Shown in pieces: positions 24,501 through 34,175 of a stretch of DNA of 34,175 nucleotides (its first letter is position 1; each line of letters opens with the position of its first letter). A program made the translations under genes and the position numbers. The notes below the pieces were generated by a model. That model saw only the letters and a program-made list of their open reading frames with translations, did not search any database and was not told the DNA's origin. This DNA is from Octopus bimaculoides (taxonomy: Eukaryota), in the NCBI RefSeq assembly GCF_001194135.2, contig NC_068984.1, positions 109,173,890 to 109,208,064 of the forward strand, written 5' to 3'.

Positions 24501-24831
24501 ATGGCACATGGATCAGTGGTTAGAGCGTCGGGCTCACAATGACGAAGTAGTGAGTTTGATTCCCCGACCAGGCTGTGTGTTGTGTTCTTGAGCAAGCCAC
24601 TTTATTTCATGTTACTCCAGTTCACTCAGCTGCAAAAATGTGTTGCGACATCACTGGTGCCGAGCTGTATCGGGCTTTGCCTTTCCCTTGGATAACATCG
24701 GTGGCGTGGAGAGGGGAGGCTGGTATGCATGGACGACTGCTGGTCTTCCATAAACAACCTCGCCCAGACTTGTGCTTCGGAAGGCAACTTTCTAGGTGCA
24801 ATCCCATGGTCATTCATGACCGAGGGAGGTC
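24501..24831 (+). mobile_element. Family C tRNA-SINE, full length, CORE-like body
   Basis: A-box-like TGGATCAGTGGTTAGAGCG and B-box-like GAGTTTGATTCC. The body TGTGTTCTTGAGCAAGCCACTT resembles the CORE domain TGTGACCTTGGGCAAGTCACTT. It ends in the stem-loop GGTCA-TTCA-TGACC. Confidence 0.9.
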
Positions 24832-25715
24832 TTATAAATTTTTACATAGATTTTAATATATATCAATATACATATAAATATATACTTATATATAAATTCG
24901 TATACATATATTGATACTGAAATATTACTTAGTGTATTTATGTGTGTGCGTGTGTGTATGTGTGTGTGTGCGTGTGTTAGAGCGCGCGCGTCTCTGTGTG
25001 TCTGTTACCTCGCTTACCATTCTGTTTTTTCTCTTATGCATGATTGATTCCATAGCCAGTACAAGGTCTGTTTGTGTATTCGCACCTTCGATGTAAGCAG
25101 CAGCAGCGGCAGTAGTAGCAGTAGTAGCAGTAGCAGCATGTACTAATACATATTTCCGTAGCTTGCAAAGATGAATTAAATTCCTCCATTGGTAACAAAA
25201 ACTACCCATGAGACATACCTGTCCCTCATCCTGGAATATATTTGTTACCCTTCAAATTAACCAACGTTAAATTAAACTTCAACAATGGCCTCATGGATCA
25301 AGCTGGTCAGAATGTACGTCCACTGGTTATCGATTTGAATCTAGCTATTCAGTTTCGATTCCAGCTTCAATTCCCTGTTGAAGCACGCGTCTTTTATTCA
25401 ATTAATAATCTTGATTAAACGAACGTAAGCAACACAAATTCTCATTTCTCCTCTTTTAAATCTGAGGCACTTTTGATTTTGTCAGTAATTTTACAGTATT
25501 GCAGTTTTACATAATTATACGATTCTCAATATCTATAAGCTAATGCGAACTGACGTCATTTCAATCATAATCTGATTCTTTATCAACTCATTTATCCTTA
25601 TCGACCGCTTACACCGTTCCAAAACACACGCCTCACTACCTTCCCTCTCCACCTGTTCTGTTCTACCACTTTCTATCAATCGTCTTAAAGCCACTACACC
25701 CACCCAACACCAATT

Positions 25716-25745
25716 CGTTTCGTCTCGTCTCGTCCCGTCTCATCG
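25716..25745. repeat. Short (CGTCT)n pentanucleotide repeat
   Basis: CGTTT CGTCT CGTCT CGTCC CGTCT CATCG. Confidence 0.8.
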
Positions 25746-26123
25746 CATCTGAATTTATCTTCAACCACTCAAACAGTAAATTGCTGTCACTAGGCCTGGA
25801 TAAATTCCAAATCAATTAGACAGCTTAAGGTTCTGAGAAAATGTGCAAGTGTACGTTTCACAGCCGTAATTCGTAACACAGAAAGATGAAAAGCTTTCTT
25901 AGGCTGACTTGAATCATTTGGCTTGGAAGGGCATTAGTATCCTTCCAGCTATTCAAATATAAATTGTGGTCAAAAGAAGATAAGTGATGAATAAAAAACA
26001 TATAAAAAATAATAGAATATATATAAAACAATAAAGTAAAATAAAATGAAAAAAAGTAACGTTGAGAAAAATGTATGTATAACACTATGCATGCATGTAT
26101 TATGTGCTTATGCATGTATGTGA

Positions 26124-26160
<37 letters not shown>

Positions 26161-26334
26161 TTTGTAAGTGTGCGAAGGAAGAGAAAAAATGGCAGACTTG
26201 TGAAAATCACTCTAAATTAGGACGGAAGTAAAATTGAAGGACGGTGTTTCACAGATTTGACTTTGTATTGATCATCACACAGCGAAAAGCATCAAAGATG
26301 TCAAAATGAAGGAACGGTAACTGAACGAAAGGAG

Positions 26335-26377
<43 letters not shown>

Positions 26378-27613
26378 GTATATATATACATATATATATA
26401 TATGTGCATATGTATTCCTAGATATGCATATGCATGTATATATATATATATGTACATACATGGATATATATGTGTACACAAGTACACACGTGCGCACGTA
26501 CACACACATACACACACATATATATATACGTAAACATGCGCATATTTGATAACTGATATTTATATTCGCACTGGCGTTTATGCCTATACATACGTACGTT
26601 CATCCATCCATTCATACATGCTCACATATAATAGTCAAGGACTTAAATGCTAGTGTTGAAGAAAGATGAGACTTCTATTATAAATGTGCAAAAATAATAG
26701 GGATTTTGCTTTCAGAATTAATGCTGGTCTTGCCTGCAGCCACATAAAGATTCCATCTGTATTCACCAAACCGATGATTCGTATCTTTTAAGAACAGAAC
26801 GGTATTCTTGGCGGGAAAGGAGAAAAGAGAAGTGATGGATCGCTTACCTGCAGGTATAAATCTTTTTCGTTCGGATGGGAGGGGGGATATGAAAAGGAAC
26901 TGTCTTGAATGATAATTGTGATGGAATGACACCCCTTGTTCAAAGAATGCTGCTGCAAGGAAAGCTGTTTTACAGTTTGAGAAAAATTAGCGCGAGTAAA
27001 ACACGCACACGCACGTACGGACACACGCATGACGTTACTGAAAAACTAACACACGCACGTTTACAGAGTCACATTGTGGAGCACATATTTCACAACCAAA
27101 TGCATAAACATAGATCGATACATGCACATATATATATTCAAATACAAGCACATATACAAGAACACTTACTTAAATGCTGACATATATACAGACGGATATG
27201 CGTGTATATAGACCTAGTCTACATATGCACGCGAAAAATATACATACAGGAATAATTTTATGCGTACATACGCAGACAAATGCATCACTGCATAAACTCA
27301 CGATTATATGCATTTACTCATATACACAAGAAAATATATACACGCGTGAGGACACAGAGAAATGCACATCAGTTTTAAGAATCTACATGCACACACACAA
27401 CCACACACGCGCTCACACACAGACATAGACACACACATGCACATATACATAAAAACACACATCACACAGAGAATTATATGCATATTAGTCAAACATGAAT
27501 ATATCGGTATGCATGCGTGAGTATGTATTTAGTCATCCCACCCACCCCCACATATACACGCACACACACACACATATATATTTACATATATATATATACT
27601 AATATGTATATCA

Positions 27614-27647
<34 letters not shown>

Positions 27648-28267
27648 NNNNNNNNNNNNNNNNNNNNNNNNNNNNNNNNNNNNNNNNNNNNNNNNNNNNN
27701 NNNNNNNACACGCACACACACATATATATATATGTATTAGTATGTATATAATGTGTATATAGATATATATACATACATATTAATATGTATATAATATATA
27801 TTTATGTATACACACACACACACACGCACACACACATATATATATATGTACACGCATATATATATATGCACATGCATATGCGTGTCTGTGTTTTTGTGCA
27901 TCACTGTAGTATTGTCTCTTAAACTCTGAAACTTCGCTTATTCCCACATTTACAGAAATACACACGCGCCAATTTGTACACGCACACACGCACACACACA
28001 CACAACACGTAAGAACATATATGAGCATTTCTGTGTGTATGTGTATTTTGAGACAATCAACACAGACACAGCAATCACTGGATAATCCATTCATCCATTT
28101 ATAGATATATTTGTACATAAAGATAAATGTCCACATACGGAGACTCGTACGAAGACAATTATATAGACTAATTGCATTCTTCTACACACCCAAACACATG
28201 TAGACACTAAGATATGCACACTCGTGCGCGCACACACACTCAATACACACACACACACACACACTCA

Positions 28268-28334
<67 letters not shown>

Positions 28335-28335
28335 N

Positions 28336-29330
28336 NNNNNNNNNNNNNNNNNNNNNNNNNNNNNNNNNNNNNNNNNNNNNNNNNNNNNNNNNNNNNNNNN
28401 NNNNNNNNNNNNNNNNNNNNNNNNNNNNNNNNNNNNNNNNNNNNNNNNNNNNNNNNNNNNNNNNNNNNNNNNNNNNNNNNNNNNNNNNNNNNNNNNNNNN
28501 NNNNNNNNNNNNNNNNNNNNNNNNNNNNNNNNNNNNNNNNNNNNNNNNNNNNNNNNNNNNNNNNNNNNNNNNNNNNNNNNNNNNNNNNNNNNNNNNNNNN
28601 NNNNNNNNNNNNNNNNNNNNNNNNNNNNNNNNNNNNNNNNNNNNNNNNNNNNNNNNNNNNNNNNNNNNNNNNNNNNNNNNNNNNNNNNNNNNNNNNNNNN
28701 NNNNNNNNNNNNNNNNNNNNNNNNNNNNNNNNNNNNNNNNNNNNNNNNNNNNNNNNNNNNNNNNNNNNNNNNNNNNNNNNNNNNNNNNNNNNNNNNNNNN
28801 NNNNNNNNNNNNNNNNNNNNNNNNNNNNNNNNNNNNNNNNNNNNNNNNNNNNNNNNNNNNNNNNNNNNNNNNNNNNNNNNNNNNNNNNNNNNNNNNNNNN
28901 NNNNNNNNNNNNNNNNNNNNNNNNNNNNNNNNNNNNNNNNNNNNNNNNNNNNNNNNNNNNNNNNNNNNNNNNNNNNNNNNNNNNNNNNNNNNNNNNNNNN
29001 NNNNNNNNNNNNNNNNNNNNNNNNNNNNNNNNNNNNNNNNNNNNNNNNNNNNNNNNNNNNNNNNNNNNNNNNNNNNNNNNNNNNNNNNNNNNNNNNNNNN
29101 NNNNNNNNNNNNNNNNNNNNNNNNNNNNNNNNNNNNNNNNNNNNNNNNNNNNNNNNNNNNNNNNNNNNNNNNNNNNNNNNNNNNNNNNNNNNNNNNNNNN
29201 NNNNNNNNNNNNNNNNNNNNNNNNNNNNNNNNNNNNNNNNNNNNNNNNNNNNNNNNNNNNNNNNNNNNNNNNNNNNNNNNNNNNNNNNNNNNNNNNNNNN
29301 NNNNNNNNNNNNNNNNNNNNNNNNNNNNNN
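28336..29330. other. Largest assembly gap (995 N), between (CA)n and (AT)n
   Basis: Other N-runs: 669-754, 1594-1603, 7725-8029, 11470-11623, 15017-15321, 18285-18294, 18876-18885, 20371-20380, 27648-27707, 30030-30229, 32961-33262. Confidence 0.99.
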
Positions 29331-29401
<71 letters not shown>

Positions 29402-30700
29402 CATATACATTTATATATATATGTATATATACGCATATACACGTATATACAGATACATATACAATTATATATATACGTATGTATTTATATATGTATGTAT
29501 GTATGAACATATGCATTAATGTTTGTGCGTGTGTACATACATATATAAATATGTTGTGTGTGTGGGTGTATGTGTCTCTGTACACATATATACACAAACA
29601 CATTTGAATGCTCGTATGCATATGTATGTGACTCTTTGCGTCCGTGTGTAGTTACAAACACGCATGCGTATACATATTTCGTCATACATAGTGTTGATAA
29701 ACTGCAAGAAGATGGCGGATTGTTTTTCTGGCCATAGAATGTATATCAAATTATAGACAAACAACTGACGAGATAAAGTTTAACAACACAACGCACTGGA
29801 CAAAATACATGGGTAAAGGTTCCATATAGACAAGAGGTACCTCCCTAATCATTCTGTAGTTTTGCTCACGAGCTTTTGTTTTTATTGCTTGTGTTTATTT
29901 TCATGCTCCAGTATGTTTATTTCCACTACAACGACGACAACGACAAAGACGATGACGACGACGACGGTGACCACCACCACCACCATCATCGCCCAAACCA
30001 CCACCACCACCATCATCGCCCAAACCACCNNNNNNNNNNNNNNNNNNNNNNNNNNNNNNNNNNNNNNNNNNNNNNNNNNNNNNNNNNNNNNNNNNNNNNN
30101 NNNNNNNNNNNNNNNNNNNNNNNNNNNNNNNNNNNNNNNNNNNNNNNNNNNNNNNNNNNNNNNNNNNNNNNNNNNNNNNNNNNNNNNNNNNNNNNNNNNN
30201 NNNNNNNNNNNNNNNNNNNNNNNNNNNNNCCACCAACGATAACCACCACCACCACTTTGAAGAACCACCCGCGTTTCTTCGTAGTCTCGTATTATTCCTG
30301 CAAATGTGTCATGGTGCTAACAGTTCCCAAGACACGAACTTGTCTCTAAAATACCGTTCTTTATAAAACTTGCATTTAATCAATGTTATCAGAGATTTCA
30401 CGTTGTCAGAGACGTCACGAAATGTAGGCAGATTAAGGGTTTAGAATTCCGGAGAAAGGAAACCCACTACAATCGTCCTTCTTACAGAAAACATTTCTCA
30501 TTCGGTATTATATTTCTACAGCCCCCTTTACGATGGCGGTCTGTCTGAAACAATGAAACATTAGATGAAAAGGCGTTGCAATATATTTTGTTTGTTTCGC
30601 CATTGCATTATGTGTTTAGATCTCATGAGACACAACGTCATCTTTCATCTTACTAAAGAGAAGAGTGTTAAAGATTGAATGTTAATATAAATTGGGAGAG

Positions 30701-30885
30701 AAGGCAGCGAGCTAGCAGAATCGTTAGCACGCCGGACAAAATGCTTACCGGTATTTCGTCCGTCTGTGTTCTGAGTTCAAATTCCGCCGAGGTCGACAAA
30801 ATAAGTACCAGTTGAGCGCAGTGGTCGATACAATCGGTTTACCCCTCTTACAAAATTGTTGGCCTTGTGCCAAAACCTGAAATCG
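30701..30885 (+). mobile_element. Family A SINE with internal deletion
   Basis: Head AAGGCAGCGAGCTAGCAGAATCGTTAGCACGCCGG and B-box GAGTTCAAATTCC are present. The segment between the two GGTCGA motifs of the 2205 copy is missing. Confidence 0.88.
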
Positions 30886-30924
30886 ATATAAGAAAGGAGA
30901 AAGTTTCTGAGAAAAGGTAAAGCA

Positions 30925-30927
30925 ATG

Positions 30928-30966
<39 letters not shown>
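30925..30966. repeat. (AAC)n microsatellite
   Basis: Read directly. Confidence 0.95.
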
Positions 30967-30967
<1 letters not shown>

Positions 30968-32905
30968 AAAGCTAACCTCTTAGATTCTACATGGTTGCTG
31001 AAAGTTCTAGAAATAATAAGCAAATATCCTCAGAAATTTAGAAATAATAATCTGGTCCACGATACAGTTTGTCTGAAAATAAGGTGGATTTGCGAGGAAG
31101 CCTTTTCTTGTTTCTCCCTCAGGGTTGAGTCGAGGTTATACACCAACAATAGCAAAAACAACAATAACAATGGCATTAACTGTTACATAATGTGAAATTT
31201 GAGGATACATAAACATAAAACTTTTGTTATTTTGGCATTGTTTATGAATCTAATCAAATACCTTCAAACAACACAGCACATTGTAAAGAAGTGAGACACA
31301 TAAAAAGTTATTCTTAATCAAAGAAAAGACAGCATTACTAGTGTTCATAAATTTATCTGAGAAGCTAACTTACAGCAAATAACGCTTTCACTCCAGCACA
31401 ATAAAAACAAATATATGCACAAATATTTAGGTCTATATAATTATATTATCTTCATAAAATCAATCAAATATTACGAAGATTTATAATTAGTGTGTGGTTT
31501 GTACTAACTCCAATGATAATTTCAATTAGATAATAACTATAAAGGAGAGAAACCAGAATAACATATCTAACAATTACAACACAAGCTCTAACATATTTCA
31601 AATTTTGGACAGGTGATGGTAATGACATAACACTTACATCTAGCATTAATTATTGTAGCAGTAAGAAAACTTATATACAAAACCAACAATATTATATGGA
31701 TTCACTATATGCTAGATGCAAACTTCATAATGTTTCGTATAATGGTGAAGCGTTTCAGGACTTTAGCATTATATCGAGTATATTTATCTGATAAATGGTA
31801 TATAAAGCCCCTCCGTATAAACATTTTTAAGTGTACCAGGCTGATGTTTAGTTAGGAAAATATTAATTTAGCGGTCTCCGTAATTATCATTAGATAATTA
31901 TGGACGCTAATTGTATTCAGTTTATTCATCTCATTGTAAATGAGCAACAGCTACTAGAGCATAACATCATCTTTATAATGCAATACAAACTGGTATTTCT
32001 AGTACCATTTGCCAAAAAATAATTGCCAGAATTTTGGAAATGTTTTCAACGTTCTACTGACGTTATACGGACGACTTTTCTATTCAGTTAGCAAATGAGT
32101 ATATGAGACATAATCATTATAACCATTCAAACTGGATAACGTAAGCTAGACATAAAATTCAGCATCAGATAAATACCTGACGAAGTTGCAGACAACTGCT
32201 AAAATTAATCTTATTTACGTTCCTAATTCTATTGAACATCTCACAATATATAAACCGCAAAAGGAAAATATGAATCCTTTTTTAGTGTAATTAAACCAGT
32301 TTTTCATGCATAGATATATCAAATTATGTTAAATCTTACACTCCAGACACCTACGTCTATCATTCATGTTCCAAATGAGCATCGAAAACGATGTAGCAAT
32401 TACTTTGTGATGGGGATTGAATGAGTTCGTATGCTGATATAATTTGCTTTTAAATGAGTTTTCTGTTAAGCCTGTGAAATATATCGTGTAGTTGATGTTT
32501 TTTCACTTGTAGTGGCCTCATACACGATGCAGCTATTCAGAAATTGGCTTTCCACCGGACAAAACTCAATGCTTCAACTATTATAGTTATTTTCAATTTA
32601 GTTTCCCCACTGTAATGAAGGATTCTGTGATTATACAACGAAATTATTTTCTTTGAAGTTGTTGAGCAATAAGTGGAGATTATATTTTTCATGCTAGAAA
32701 ATTTATGAAGCTTGTTGCCTTTGTGCATGTGTCTCTAATGAGATGAATTGTTTTATTGCTCTGGTTATAATATGATTGAGAAATGGAATGAGAAAGACCA
32801 TATTTTTGTATATGATTTTGTAGTTGGTGTTAGTGTTAGAGCACCTTCTTGTTTACGCGAATACAACAAGGTCATCTTACAACTCGTTGTTCACAAGCAT
32901 TCCAT

Positions 32906-32960
<55 letters not shown>

Positions 32961-33332
32961 NNNNNNNNNNNNNNNNNNNNNNNNNNNNNNNNNNNNNNNN
33001 NNNNNNNNNNNNNNNNNNNNNNNNNNNNNNNNNNNNNNNNNNNNNNNNNNNNNNNNNNNNNNNNNNNNNNNNNNNNNNNNNNNNNNNNNNNNNNNNNNNN
33101 NNNNNNNNNNNNNNNNNNNNNNNNNNNNNNNNNNNNNNNNNNNNNNNNNNNNNNNNNNNNNNNNNNNNNNNNNNNNNNNNNNNNNNNNNNNNNNNNNNNN
33201 NNNNNNNNNNNNNNNNNNNNNNNNNNNNNNNNNNNNNNNNNNNNNNNNNNNNNNNNNNNNNNGTTTGATATTATTTCCATTAATTACATTATTTGTATTA
33301 GACGGATATTTGTCCTCATCTTTTTTGTCTTT

Positions 33333-33378
33333 AACACAACGTTTCGGTTGATATACCCTCCAGCCTTCATTAGGTGTC
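33333..33378 (-). ncRNA. Mutated copy of the same hammerhead motif
   Basis: Minus strand reads GACAC CTAATGA A GGCTG GAGGGTATAT CAACC GAAACGTT GTGTT, with G5->A in the core and one stem II mismatch. Confidence 0.7.
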
Positions 33379-33441
33379 TTGGGGAAATTTCGTACCTGGG
33401 TTCTCATTCCTAAGGTATTTTTCGATGTTATTATTATTATT

Positions 33442-33506
33442 GCGTAGTGGTTAAGAGCACGGGCTACTAACCCCAAGATTCCGAGTTCGATTCCAAGCAG
33501 TGATCT
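33442..33506 (+). other. tRNA-derived Pol III head (A and B boxes), 5'-clipped
   Basis: GCGTAGTGGTTAAGAGC (A-box and D-arm), GGG-CTACTAA-CCC anticodon-like arm and GTTCGATTCC B-box (33485-33494). The acceptor stem is incomplete. Confidence 0.8.
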
Positions 33507-33603
33507 GAACAACAACAGCAACAACAACAACAACAACAACAATAATAATAATAACATTGAAAAATACCTTAGGAATGAGAACCCAGGTTCAAAATTTCCC
33601 CAA

Positions 33604-33649
33604 GACACCTGATGAAGGCTGGAGGGTATGTCAGCCGAAACGTTGTGTT
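33604..33649 (+). ncRNA. Minimal type I hammerhead ribozyme motif, core intact
   Basis: Stem I GACAC (33604-08)/GTGTT (33645-49); CUGAUGA at 33609-15 plus one extra A; stem II GGCTG (33617-21)/CAGCC (33632-36); GAAA at 33637-40; palindromic ACGU stem III; GUU triplet with predicted cleavage after 33644. Confidence 0.8.
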
Positions 33650-34175
33650 AACAACAAACAAGATGAGGAAAATATCTGTCTAATGTAAATAAAGTAAGTA
33701 ATGTACAATTCCTCATCTCTTGAATATAGAACAGAGTGTTTGATGTTTCGATCATAGCCCTTCGTCTGAAAGGTGAAAGAGGAAAAGTTCAAAGAAGGAA
33801 AAGAACTCGCCAACAGCTCGCTAATATATTTCTTGTGCATATTCTTTTGTTGTCTGTTAATTTTATTATTTGAAATGATTGCGTATTTGAATTCACTATT
33901 ATCGCAAGCTCACACGGGCCGTCTACGTCCTTCCGACTGAGTTGGAGTACCTGATTCAAGGATTTTTTATTTACTCAACACTTGCATTACGGTGCCTTCA
34001 AATTCCCTTGGAGCATATCGTTTGTGTACCTTTGAGCATAACACCAAAGCGAAATCATAAATTTGACTGTCGAAATTAAGAGTTTTAGACGAATTAGGAA
34101 CGATTATACAACAGGGCCCTGTACATACGTATGTATGTATACACACAGACACAGACACACACACACACACACACA

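Larger units (their letters stand above)
33284..33697 (+). mobile_element. Non-autonomous Penelope-like or SINE-like element: inverted body + tRNA head + body with hammerhead
   Basis: 33284-33441 is the reverse complement of 33541-33697 with scattered substitutions. The centre is a tRNA-like head plus (AAC)n, and both arms carry a hammerhead core. Confidence 0.85.

Noticed and set aside
26719-26855. Plus-strand segment bounded by TTTCAG and CAG|GTATAA, exon-like
   Set aside because: All three frames contain stops (for example ATC TTT TAA near 26790).
27517-30349. Longest ORFs in the track (380-480 aa)
   Set aside because: They consist of N-gaps translated as X plus (CA)n/(TA)n/(CAC)n repeats; there is no coding evidence.
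32177-32203. CTGACGA followed by hairpin AGTTG-CAGA-CAACT
   Set aside because: It is followed by GCTAAA rather than GAAA, with no stem I or III, so it is not a hammerhead.
33442-33506. Possible genuine tRNA gene
   Set aside because: The 5' acceptor strand is missing and it is embedded in a repeat; treated as a SINE head. The same applies to 3563-3638.
33967-34170. Minus ORF with a complex middle (QIYDFALVLCSKVHKRYAPREFEGTVMQVL)
   Set aside because: It starts in a (TG)n repeat, splice signals are weak and no family is recognised; not supportable without expression data.

Overview
AT-rich eukaryotic intronic or intergenic DNA from a draft assembly, with 12 N-gaps almost all abutting microsatellites. 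The tRNA-derived SINE families and dense (TA)n/(CA)n/(AAT)n repeats resemble those I recall from octopus genomes, so a cephalopod origin is likely but inferred. Most listed ORFs are artefacts of microsatellites or N-runs. Supported content: about 14 tRNA-headed SINE copies of three families, including six same-strand copies at 5.65-6.96 kb; a decayed R4/Dong-clade RT fragment interrupted by a 131-bp TA-flanked Tc1/mariner-type MITE; an internally deleted RTE LINE ending in three C2H2 fingers; a second 5'-truncated RTE; and one credible minus-strand coding exon of unknown product, plus weaker candidates. The most interesting signal is a fold-back element at 33.28-33.70 kb. A tRNA-like Pol III head sits between two inverted copies of a body carrying a minimal type I hammerhead ribozyme of the kind known from Penelope-like elements; one copy is intact and one is mutated. 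Two other inverted-duplication elements (3.28-3.74 kb, 14.36-14.80 kb) show related architecture. No database search or RNA folding was run; all assignments are by eye.
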